DNA of 32,000 bases, taken from contig NC_018655.1 in the NCBI RefSeq assembly GCF_000299365.1, positions 600,001-632,000 of the forward strand, read 5' to 3'. The position numbers and the translations under genes are program-made. Under the pieces are notes generated by a model, which worked only from the letters and a program-made list of their open reading frames with translations, was not told the DNA's origin and did no database searches. Origin of the DNA: Candidatus Nitrosopumilus koreensis AR1 (lineage in GTDB: Archaea > Thermoproteota > Nitrososphaeria > Nitrososphaerales > Nitrosopumilaceae). Shown piece after piece: positions 8,340-16,423 of the stretch; position 1 is the stretch's first letter; every line of letters begins with the position of its first letter.

Positions 8340-8423
8340 ATGTGTTATAAGTTACTTATGTTCATAACATATGAGAGGGTGCATATTAGTAGTCCCTAGA
8401 CCCACTATATTACTAATGTACCC
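8340..8423. other. Two adjacent hairpins in the intergenic spacer
   Basis: Hairpin 1 spans 8340-8372 (9 pairs including one G-T). Hairpin 2 spans 8377-8423 (GGGTGCAT/ATGTACCC plus TAGTA/TACTA with a 2-nt bulge). The G-T pairs are only tolerated on the + strand. Confidence 0.25.
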
Positions 8424-8478
8424 TATCTGTTTCTTATTTTCTAAAACTGGGGTTTCTTGTTATATCTCATTTGTAGTT

Positions 8479-8991
8479 CTATCTGTACATTGATTTCTCA
8501 GTTGTTTCATCCATTGGATTTGCTTGTCCTGAAAAACCACTAAAATTAGAACGCAGGATTTTTTGAATATGTGCTGTTACTCTTGCAACATTGTCCCACG
8601 TGTCATGAAATGAGACTCTGTCAAGAATTTGTTCATCAACATGTGAGAATATTGCTAATCCTGCAATGTTTTCTTTATCTTTGACCCATTGGTGCCCAAC
8701 TTTGCAAATTGTACAAATTTCACTAATGTCCATAACTGCTTTTGAAAATGATGGGTTTTTCATTACCAATAATTTTGCATCGTCTTCGGGAAATCTCATA
8801 TTTACATTTAAATGAATTCTGTCTTTTCTGTTTGCATTTTTGCTAATTATGACATTTGTGCCAACTCTAAATTGCCATTCAATTAACTTGCTTTTCTCTC
8901 TGACTTTTTCTGTTTGATCTTCATAATTGATATTGGTTATTTTGATAAATTCTTCAACAAGATTTTTCATTTCTTCTGAAGTCTTTGCCAT
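8479..8991 (-). CDS. Hypothetical protein (170 aa)
   Basis: Long ORF, last gene of a co-oriented run of small genes. No motif I can name with confidence. Confidence 0.6.
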   Translation of the reverse strand: MAKTSEEMKNLVEEFIKITNINYEDQTEKVREKSKLIEWQFRVGTNVIISKNANRKDRIHLNVNMRFPEDDAKLLVMKNPSFSKAVMDISEICTICKVGHQWVKDKENIAGLAIFSHVDEQILDRVSFHDTWDNVARVTAHIQKILRSNFSGFSGQANPMDETTEKSMYR

Positions 8992-9040
8992 GAAACCACT
9001 CGTAATATCTACAATATATGCATATTATAGAAAAAAGAGA

Positions 9041-9178
9041 CTAATGGCTGTGTCCACAACCACAGGAATCATGTCCACCATGACCTTCTGTTTCTTTTCC
9101 TGCGCATTTAGAACATTTGTCTGAACCGGTTGGTGAGAAAAATCCTATGCCGCATGAAACGCATTTTTGATTTGCCAT
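9041..9178 (-). CDS. 45-aa zinc-ribbon peptide with His/Cys-rich C-terminal tail (not in ORF track)
   Basis: Hand translation gives MANQKCVSCGIGFFSPTGSDKCSKCAGKETEGHGGHDSCGCGHSH. It has CxxC...CxxC and a GHGGHDSCGCGHSH tail. Confidence 0.45.
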   Translation of the reverse strand: MANQKCVSCGIGFFSPTGSDKCSKCAGKETEGHGGHDSCGCGHSH

Positions 9179-9227
9179 ATATCTAATCAAAAATTACTAT
9201 ATTTAATGATAGATAGAAAATATCTTG

Positions 9228-9368
9228 TTATTTGAGATATTTGTCAAGTAGTTCATTGATTACTCGTGAGTAACTTACAGAACTGTTTGATTCTCTTATC
9301 ATTTTTGATTGGCGTTGTCTTAGTTTCTTATCTAATTCATCGTCTATCATGATTGTAACTCTTTTCAT
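9228..9368 (-). CDS. 46-aa ribbon-helix-helix (CopG/Arc-like) DNA-binding protein (not in ORF track)
   Basis: Hand translation gives MKRVTIMIDDELDKKLRQRQSKMIRESNSSVSYSRVINELLDKYLK. The pattern is strand (KRVTIMIDDEL), helix, helix. Confidence 0.6.
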   Translation of the reverse strand: MKRVTIMIDDELDKKLRQRQSKMIRESNSSVSYSRVINELLDKYLK

Positions 9369-9385
9369 TGCACTGTTTATTGCAC
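9367..9385 (-). promoter_or_regulatory. Direct repeat ATTGCAC-N5-ATTGCAC (12-nt period) overlapping the RHH start codon; candidate operator
   Basis: Exact 7-mers at 9367-9373 and 9379-9385. On the - strand this reads GTGCAAT-aaaca-GTGCAATG, where the ATG is the RHH start. Confidence 0.25.
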
Positions 9386-9441
9386 AATTATGAACTTAAG
9401 AAGTATGGACATTTTCTAATTGATCTTGTTCCATTGTGGAA

Positions 9442-9783
9442 TTATTCTGATGGTCTTGCATTTCCAATTTCACCTTTCTTTTGGAATTCTCTATATTCGC
9501 CAATTATTGAATTGCATTTTTCACAGACGTATTGACCTCTTTCAATTAAGATCAGATTGTCTGCAACCTCCTCATTGGGGCTCTCCTCTAACTGAATTTT
9601 TGGGGGATTGTCAAACTCTGTCTCGCAATTATTGCAATAATGTTTGAGCATTTTTTCAGTTTCAATTTTTCCTATTGGGGCTAGAAATAATTTCCCCACT
9701 CCTAAATCTGCTTTTTTTGCTTGCTCATCAGTAAGGTCTGCTATCACGTATCCGCCAGAGCCTTGAACTTTTAATTCTGTCAT
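9442..9783 (-). CDS. Zinc-ribbon protein (113 aa), function unknown
   Basis: CNNC...CEKC pairs. First gene of the co-oriented 9783->8479 run. Confidence 0.65.
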   Translation of the reverse strand: MTELKVQGSGGYVIADLTDEQAKKADLGVGKLFLAPIGKIETEKMLKHYCNNCETEFDNPPKIQLEESPNEEVADNLILIERGQYVCEKCNSIIGEYREFQKKGEIGNARPSE

Positions 9784-9847
9784 TTCATATTGCTCTTGAT
9801 TTTGGTATTAAAATACTATTTGTGTTGGGATGGATTGTTTAGAATAC

Positions 9848-9947
9848 AACGAGACACACGGAAAGCATGTTTTTTCTAGGACGTTGACCTAACATGAGAT
9901 GCTTTCCATACCGTTATTCTACGACGCAGAATAACAGTTTTCTCGTT
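9848..9947. ncRNA. Candidate structured RNA, three-way junction (~100 nt)
   Basis: Closing stem AACGAGA (9848-9854) / TCTCGTT (9941-9947). Hairpin 1 GGAAAGCAT (9860-9868) / ATGCTTTCC (9899-9907). Hairpin 2 GTTATTCT (9913-9920) / AGAATAAC (9928-9935). All pairs are Watson-Crick, so the strand is unresolved. Confidence 0.35.
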
Positions 9948-10155
9948 ACATATTATACGTCAAAATGATATTTAACCATATCTTGATTCTCACCTAATGC
10001 CAACCTTGAATTAAAAAATTTATTGAGATGTAAATTGATGAATACTTTGGACATACACTAAATTGCTTGTCCTTTGAATAGACACACTTGAAATCATTGT
10101 TGTTTTATTATGTGAAAATCAGTAGATTCTTATCTAAAATTTTTCAGCAAATCCT

Positions 10156-10992
10156 ATGGATAAAATAAAACAAAATTCTCCTGTGTTATTCTACTTTAAT
10201 CACTCAAAAAAATGGCTTGTAAAGATTACAAAAAAAGAGTCCCTTCATACTCATATTGGTGTCATCAAACATTCTGATGCTATAGGAAAAGAGTATGGCT
10301 CACGACTTGTTACAAATAAAGACAAGTATGTCTACCTGCTCAAACCCACGATGTATGACTATGTTATGAAAATACAACATGGTACTCAGATAGTTTATCC
10401 AAAGGATATTGGATATATTATTGCAAGAGCAGGAATTGAGAGTGGGCAAAAGATTCTTGAAATTGGAACTGGAAGTGGTTCCTTAACTTCTTGTGTGGCA
10501 AGTATTGTAAAACCACGAGGACATGTTTACACTTTTGATGTTGATGAAAATTTTATGAAAATTGCAGAAAAAAATATTCAAAAAGCTGGCGTTTCAAAAT
10601 ATGTGACACAGCATAATTTAGATTTGAAAACCGCAAAAAAGATGCCTCTTGATGATATGGATGTTGCTTTAATTGATCTTGGCGATCCTTGGTTGGTAAT
10701 TCCTCAAGTGCGAAAAATGCTTAAGGGAAGTGGTGCCATATTTGCGATTTGTCCTACAATGAATCAACTAGAAAAACTAACTACAAGTTTAGTTGAAAAT
10801 GAGTTCACGGATATTGAATCAACTGAGCATATTTTACGTACTATAGAGGCACGAGAAGGAAAAACTAGACATTCTTTTCAAGGAATTGGCCATACAACCT
10901 ATCTATGCTATGCAAGAAAAGCGTTTTTTGGTAGAGAAACAAAAAAATCAACAAAACCCAAGGCTACCAAAACTACCAAAAAGTCTTCTTAA
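10156..10992 (+). CDS. trmI: tRNA (adenine-N1)-methyltransferase, TrmI/GCD14 family
   Basis: IVYPKDIGYII followed by SAM motif LEIGTGSGSLT and DLGDPW. Lys-rich C-terminal tail. Confidence 0.85.
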   Translation: MDKIKQNSPVLFYFNHSKKWLVKITKKESLHTHIGVIKHSDAIGKEYGSRLVTNKDKYVYLLKPTMYDYVMKIQHGTQIVYPKDIGYIIARAGIESGQKILEIGTGSGSLTSCVASIVKPRGHVYTFDVDENFMKIAEKNIQKAGVSKYVTQHNLDLKTAKKMPLDDMDVALIDLGDPWLVIPQVRKMLKGSGAIFAICPTMNQLEKLTTSLVENEFTDIESTEHILRTIEAREGKTRHSFQGIGHTTYLCYARKAFFGRETKKSTKPKATKTTKKSS

Positions 10993-11037
10993 AAATTTAA
11001 GACAAGATTTATTCTGGTATTTTTTAGAATATTGTAT

Positions 11038-11901
11038 ATGGTTACAAAAAACCTTACACCTTCTATGGTAAAGAAATACATCCCTTCTAGAAAAGCAAAA
11101 TCCAGAAAAGGCGATAATGGAACTGTTCTGATAGTTGGCGGAAGTTACATTTACCACGGTGCTCCTATTTTATCTTCAATTGCCGCATTACGATGTGGGA
11201 CTGATCTAGTTTACACATGTGTTCCAAAAATCAATGTGTCTGCAACTCGTTCTGTTTCGCCCAATCTCATTGTGCTTCCACTAGTTGATCAAAAATTAAC
11301 TCGTGGTGCTGTCAATAAATTACTTGGTATGCTTCCCCATAATCTTGATTCTGCAACAATTGGGATGGGTCTTGCCATTCAAGAAAAAAATTCGTTATTA
11401 CATCTTGTAAAATCCCTTTTGTCTCAAGATGTAAGACTGTCTCTGGATGCAAGTGCATTAATTCCAGAGGTATTACCTCTTTTAGCAAACAAAAATGTCG
11501 TAGTGACTCCTCATGCTGGAGAATTTAAGAGATTGTTTGGTGAATCTCCGTCAAACATAAAAAAAGAACGAATTAAAACTGTGGAAAATTATGCAAAAAA
11601 ATTTGGTATAACTGTATTGTTAAAAGGTGCTACGGATGTGATTTCAAATGGCTCTACAACATATCTTTATGAGAAAAAAACTCCTGGCATGACTGTTGGA
11701 GGAACTGGTGATGTTTTGTCTGGTTTAGTGGCAGGGCTATTATCTAAGAATAGAAATACCTTAGAATCTGCAGCAGCTGCAACTCTCATTAATGGATTGG
11801 CAGGAAAGGCAACTCAAAAAAAATTGGGGTTGCATATGACCTCTATGGACTTGTTAGAAGAACTACCATATGTGATGAAACAGTTTGATAAGATAGTGTG
11901 A
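11038..11901 (+). CDS. nnrD: ADP-dependent NAD(P)H-hydrate dehydratase (YjeF C-terminal/carbohydrate-kinase fold)
   Basis: KGDNGTVLIVGGS, HGAPILSSIAALRCGTDLV and GGTGDVLSG motifs. ATG 11038 is preferred to the tracked TTG 11032. Confidence 0.9.
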   Translation: MVTKNLTPSMVKKYIPSRKAKSRKGDNGTVLIVGGSYIYHGAPILSSIAALRCGTDLVYTCVPKINVSATRSVSPNLIVLPLVDQKLTRGAVNKLLGMLPHNLDSATIGMGLAIQEKNSLLHLVKSLLSQDVRLSLDASALIPEVLPLLANKNVVVTPHAGEFKRLFGESPSNIKKERIKTVENYAKKFGITVLLKGATDVISNGSTTYLYEKKTPGMTVGGTGDVLSGLVAGLLSKNRNTLESAAAATLINGLAGKATQKKLGLHMTSMDLLEELPYVMKQFDKIV

Positions 11902-11905
11902 TTTC

Positions 11906-13261
11906 ATGAATGTCCTAAAACATGTAGATTCCAACATGGATGGTTTGATTTCGGATCTGCAAACCTTAATTAGACAACCAAGTGTCTCTGCAAAAAATGA
12001 AGGCATTACTGAATGCTCCAAACTTGTTCAAAAATTATTACAAAAATCCGATATTAAATCTGAACTTTTACGCTTGAAAAAAGGAGTTGCACCTATTGTT
12101 TATGGTGAGGTCACATCAAAACAAAACCCAAACAAGACTTTGCTGTTTTACAATCATTATGATGTGCAACCTGCAGAGCCATTTGATTTGTGGGATGATC
12201 CTCCATTTAGTGGAAAAAGAAAAGGAAACAAAATCTTTGGACGAGGTGCAACAGACGATAAAGGCGAATTGATTACAAGAATAAAATCCGTTGAAGCGTA
12301 CCTGAAAACAACCGGTGATGTGCCTTGTAACATAAAATTTGTTATTGAAGGCGAAGAAGAAACTGGCAGTGCACACATTGAAGATTATTTGAAAAAATAC
12401 AAAAAAAAATTTTCTTGTGATGGGGTGATCTGGGAGTTTGGATATGTTGATTCAAAAAATCGGCCGATAATTGGTCTTGGGATGAAAGGATTGTTATTTG
12501 TTGAGTTGTCTGTAAAAGAATCAATCAGAGATGCTCATTCCAGCCTGGCAGTGTTGATAAAAAATCCTGCATGGAGATTGATTGAGGCTGTAAACACATT
12601 ACGAAACACTGATGGAAAAATACTCATCAAAGATTGGTATAAGGAAGTAACTCCATTTTCAAAAAATGATTTAGATTTAATTCGTAAAGAACCATTTGAT
12701 GCAAATACCTTCAAAAAAGAATTTGGGATAAAATCCTTTGTTGGCTCTAAAAATGGATTGGATGCAAAAAAAGCTCTAGTTGGTGATGCCACATGTAATA
12801 TTGCAGGATTTGTTTCTGGATATACTGGAGATGGTGCAAAAACTGTTCTTCCTGGAGAAGCACTAGTCAAAATAGATTTTAGATTGATACCAAAAATGGA
12901 TCCTCGCAAACAAGTTGTGAGACTAAAAAATCATTTAAAATCCAAAGGATTTGGAGATATCAAAATCAAAGTATTTCATGGAGAGGCAGCTGCCCGAACT
13001 AATTCCTCTGATCCTTTTGTCAGTCAGGTAAAACAAGCAGCTGACAAATCTTTTGGAAAATCAATCCTGAATGTTTCTAATGCTGGAACAGGCCCGATGT
13101 ATTCGTTTGTCAATGTCTTAAAAGCTCCTTGTATTGCTATTGGAAGCACATACATGTTTGCTAGAATTCACTCTCCAAATGAATTTGCTAGAATTGATTT
13201 GCTAAAGAAAACAACAAAGTGTATGTGTCTAATTATGGATAATTTTGGAAAGAATCAGTGA
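11906..13261 (+). CDS. M20-family metallopeptidase (ArgE/DapE/ACY1/CPG2 group)
   Basis: YNHYDVQP, GRGATDDKG and EGEEETGS metal-ligand motifs, 451 aa. Confidence 0.9.
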   Translation: MNVLKHVDSNMDGLISDLQTLIRQPSVSAKNEGITECSKLVQKLLQKSDIKSELLRLKKGVAPIVYGEVTSKQNPNKTLLFYNHYDVQPAEPFDLWDDPPFSGKRKGNKIFGRGATDDKGELITRIKSVEAYLKTTGDVPCNIKFVIEGEEETGSAHIEDYLKKYKKKFSCDGVIWEFGYVDSKNRPIIGLGMKGLLFVELSVKESIRDAHSSLAVLIKNPAWRLIEAVNTLRNTDGKILIKDWYKEVTPFSKNDLDLIRKEPFDANTFKKEFGIKSFVGSKNGLDAKKALVGDATCNIAGFVSGYTGDGAKTVLPGEALVKIDFRLIPKMDPRKQVVRLKNHLKSKGFGDIKIKVFHGEAAARTNSSDPFVSQVKQAADKSFGKSILNVSNAGTGPMYSFVNVLKAPCIAIGSTYMFARIHSPNEFARIDLLKKTTKCMCLIMDNFGKNQ

Positions 13262-13674
13262 ATGAATCTTGGTAATTTCTTGACTATGTGAGACAGTGAC
13301 ACTCTTCCAGGACCTGCTGCAACAATTACTAGACATGATGCTAGCAAAATCAAATCAATACGATAACCACCATCTCCTGTCAAGCTTTGAGCTTCCTTGA
13401 CTAGGAAAATTGCCCCTAGCATAATTATTGATAGTAATGATGCAGAAATTCTACTCAATACTCCTATGATCAAAAGAATTCCTGGAATTGTTTCTGCCAA
13501 TCCAATAGGAATTTGCATTTCTGGTGGTAATCCTAAACTACTCAAAAACCCTCCAAATCCTGGATTGCCTAGTTTGGATGTACCTGCAACAATAAAGATC
13601 ACACCAACTGCTGATCTTAAACCCATAAACGAAATGTCTACTAGATTTTTTTTACTAATCTCGCTAGTAGCCAT
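13255..13674 (-). CDS. DoxX-family integral membrane protein
   Basis: About 4 TM segments. N-terminal GLRSAVGVIFIVAGTSKL is typical of DoxX. Converges with the M20 gene and overlaps it by 7 nt. Confidence 0.75.
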   Translation of the reverse strand: MATSEISKKNLVDISFMGLRSAVGVIFIVAGTSKLGNPGFGGFLSSLGLPPEMQIPIGLAETIPGILLIIGVLSRISASLLSIIMLGAIFLVKEAQSLTGDGGYRIDLILLASCLVIVAAGPGRVSLSHIVKKLPRFIH

Positions 13675-13770
13675 GTTATCTGTTTGATTTTTTTTTAGTA
13701 TAACTATTTTGCTTATTTTTTGCCGTAAGATGTAGAAAGCCCTTTATTATGCTCTAAAATTATTTGAAAT

Positions 13771-14367
13771 ATGTCCATGTATATGCCCGGAGCAACTGCT
13801 GTTGGGATTACTTTTGATGGCGGTGTAGTTTTTGCCAGTGAAAAAAGGATCGCATTTGGAAATTTTCTAGTAAGTAAAACAACAAAAAAGACATTTCCTA
13901 TCACTCCTAAAGTTGGAGCAACATGTGCCGGACTCGTAGCCGACATGCAAATACTATCATTACAAATTGCCGCTCTTGCAAAAATAAGAAAAATGGAGCT
14001 CAAAAGAGACGTTCCACCAAATACAGTTGCTAAAATGATGTCAAATATGATGTATGAAAGAAGATACTTTCCATTATTGACTCAGGTAATCGTTGGAGGT
14101 GTTGTTGATAAACCAATTATGTACACTCTTGATCCATTGGGTTCTGTTTTGCCTGATGAATATGCTGCAGTTGGAACTGGAGCTGAAATGGCATTGGGTG
14201 TACTTGATCCTCAATTCAAACCAAACATGACCAAAGATGAGGCAATTGATTTGGCAAAACGTGCAGTACGCGCAGCATCTCTTAGGGATTCTGCAAGTGG
14301 TGACGGTTTGGATATTCTTGTTATTACCAAAGACGGTACTGAAGAATTCACAGAAGCCATCAAGTAA
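13771..14367 (+). CDS. psmB: Proteasome subunit beta
   Basis: Short propeptide MSMYMPGA followed by the catalytic Thr in TAVGITFDGGVVFASEKR. Confidence 0.97.
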   Translation: MSMYMPGATAVGITFDGGVVFASEKRIAFGNFLVSKTTKKTFPITPKVGATCAGLVADMQILSLQIAALAKIRKMELKRDVPPNTVAKMMSNMMYERRYFPLLTQVIVGGVVDKPIMYTLDPLGSVLPDEYAAVGTGAEMALGVLDPQFKPNMTKDEAIDLAKRAVRAASLRDSASGDGLDILVITKDGTEEFTEAIK

Positions 14368-14370
14368 ATT

Positions 14371-14847
14371 TTAATCGTAAATCGTTTTCCCAGTTTCCCA
14401 GAATTTGTCTGAGATGTAGTGAAGATTTTTTATAACTTCACCTTTATCCATTGCCTCTGCTTCTGAACTTGACACTACTGATTTACCTACTGCTAAAAAT
14501 TTGTGTTGAGATTCTTCGACAATACAAACCAGTTTATCTTTTTCAAATTCTGTAAATGATTTAATTCCTGGCCTCATCAAATTTGCTCCTTTACACATGA
14601 ATTTTACTGCGCCCATATCCACTGTTACATTTGGAAATTTTTCCAAGGTTTCAGTTTCTGATAAAAATGGTAAATAGTCATCATTGATTTTCAGAATTTT
14701 AATTCCTTTACCTGTAATGATTTGGGCATCATCTAAAATTTGATGAACTTTGAGATTTTTTATTTTTGGAAGATCCATTTCCCATTGTTCTGAAACTGTT
14801 TTTAAGAGTGCAGATGTCTCACTCTTTGAAATTAAATTTGACTTCAA
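14371..14847 (-). CDS. PUA-domain RNA-binding protein (pre-PUA + PUA)
   Basis: KFMCKGANLMRPGI PUA core. The TTG start overlaps the hom stop (TTGA on the - strand). Confidence 0.8.
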   Translation of the reverse strand: MKSNLISKSETSALLKTVSEQWEMDLPKIKNLKVHQILDDAQIITGKGIKILKINDDYLPFLSETETLEKFPNVTVDMGAVKFMCKGANLMRPGIKSFTEFEKDKLVCIVEESQHKFLAVGKSVVSSSEAEAMDKGEVIKNLHYISDKFWETGKTIYD

Positions 14848-15854
14848 GTTCTTGCAATCTCTTGTCTGATGTCTAGCAAATCTCTTAGTATGGAACTTGC
14901 AGTTTCCATGCCTCCCGCACCTCTTCCAATTATTGTCTGTGTGCCTGAATGTTCTGATGTAAATGCAATTGCATTAAGTGTTCCATTTACACAAAGCGGG
15001 TCATCATTTGGAACTTCTTTTGGTGCAACAATGAGTTCTTTGTTACATGATGCAATCAATTTCACTGCACAATTATTTTTAGCAGCTTTTTTAATATCCT
15101 CTGTTGTTACATTGCGAATCCCTGTGCAATTAATGTCTGGCATTGTAACTTTCATTCCCATAATCCAATTTGCAAGAATTACTAATTTGGCTGCAGCATC
15201 TAATCCATCTAAATCCAAAGATTCATCAGCTTCAACATACCCTTTATCTTTTGCATCTTTGAGGGCTTCCTCGTATGATATTCCTGTTGCCATGTTTGAT
15301 AAAATGTAATTTGTTGTACCATTTAGTATGCCTGCAAATGATATGATTCTTTCCCCACTCAGGCTGTTTTTAGCATAATCTAAAATTGGTGTTCCTCCTC
15401 CAACTGTGCCGCTGAATTTGAATATTACTTGATTGTATGTGGCAAGTTCCAATAATGAAGGAAATGCTAACGCGAGAGGTCCTTTGTTTACTGATATGAC
15501 ATGCATTCCTTTTTTCATAGCTGTTGTAATGTGTGTCATTCCAGGCTCTGCATCTTTGTAATTGCTAGCAGTAGTTTCAATTAATACATCTGCTTCTATG
15601 TTTTTGAGCATGTCGATACCTGACATTGTATTTTTTGTATTAGCATAATTTTTTACGGTTCCAAACTTCTTTTTGACCTCGATGAGCTTGTTTAATTCCA
15701 ATCCTGAAGAACTAACTGCACTGCCTTTGCTATCAAAAACTCCTACCACTCTGGGCTTGAGTCCATATTTTGCATACAAGTCCTCTGATCTTGAATCAAA
15801 TAATTTCACTAAACTTTGGCCCACAACGCCAAATCCGCACAGTATTATTCTCAA
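14844..15854 (-). CDS. hom: Homoserine dehydrogenase
   Basis: N-terminal Rossmann segment ILCGFGVVGQ and GILNGTTNYIL motif. Obligate TTG start. Confidence 0.95.
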   Translation of the reverse strand: MRIILCGFGVVGQSLVKLFDSRSEDLYAKYGLKPRVVGVFDSKGSAVSSSGLELNKLIEVKKKFGTVKNYANTKNTMSGIDMLKNIEADVLIETTASNYKDAEPGMTHITTAMKKGMHVISVNKGPLALAFPSLLELATYNQVIFKFSGTVGGGTPILDYAKNSLSGERIISFAGILNGTTNYILSNMATGISYEEALKDAKDKGYVEADESLDLDGLDAAAKLVILANWIMGMKVTMPDINCTGIRNVTTEDIKKAAKNNCAVKLIASCNKELIVAPKEVPNDDPLCVNGTLNAIAFTSEHSGTQTIIGRGAGGMETASSILRDLLDIRQEIART

Positions 15855-15976
15855 ATTTTTTCAGCCCTTTTGAATGTGTGTTTTTTCGTCATTTTGATTC
15901 TCTTTGATTTTCTTACCATTGATTGCGTTTTATTAATAATTTTTGAATTGCATTGATGAAAATATTTTATTTATGA

Positions 15977-16387
15977 CTATGATTGATTTTCTGTGTCTTT
16001 TTCATGTTGTAATGAAACTGAATTGATACAATACCTTTGATTTGTTGGCTTGGGCCCATCATCAAAAACATGTCCTAAATGTGCTCCACACTTGTTACAA
16101 TTGACTTCTGTTCTAACCATGCCATATGATGTGTCTGATATGTATTCGATTTTATCTTCAGAAATTGGTTCCCAAAAACTTGGCCATCCTGAACCTGAAT
16201 CAAATTTTGCATCTGATGAGAACAAATCTTCCCCGCAACAGGTACACTTGAACTTTCCTTCTAGTTTTGAATCATTGTATTTTCCAGAAAATGGAGGTTC
16301 AGTTCCATGATTAATACAAATTTCATATTGATCGGGAGTTAACTTTTCTTTCCATTCTTCGGGTGTTTTTCTAATTTTTTCTGACAT
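15977..16387 (-). CDS. msrB: Peptide-methionine (R)-S-oxide reductase
   Basis: Two CxxC zinc pairs (CTCC, CNKC), GHVFDDGP and RYCINS catalytic Cys motifs. Confidence 0.97.
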   Translation of the reverse strand: MSEKIRKTPEEWKEKLTPDQYEICINHGTEPPFSGKYNDSKLEGKFKCTCCGEDLFSSDAKFDSGSGWPSFWEPISEDKIEYISDTSYGMVRTEVNCNKCGAHLGHVFDDGPKPTNQRYCINSVSLQHEKDTENQS

Positions 16388-16423
16388 GTTTTATTTCATT
16401 TTTTAAAATATTTGAATTTTATT

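Noticed and set aside
8334-8341. GTTCGAAT, identical to a tRNA T-loop core, in the 8166-8478 spacer.
   Set aside because: The flanking bases cannot form a 5-bp T stem (G-G at positions 53/61), and no acceptor or anticodon arms can be drawn. It is not a tRNA.
8927-9124. 65-aa + strand ORF in the track.
   Set aside because: The sequence is low-complexity and hydrophobic with no motif. It overlaps the start of the 8479..8991 gene and the better-supported - strand 45-aa CxxC/His-tail ORF.
12535-12909. 124-aa antisense ORF within the M20 peptidase gene. Similar cases are 14869..15309, 30447..30878, 20440..20763, 21444..21767, 26401..26721, 13397..13687 and 13713..14003.
   Set aside because: Each lies fully inside a confidently identified gene on the other strand and has no recognisable motifs. 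These are typical antisense shadow ORFs.
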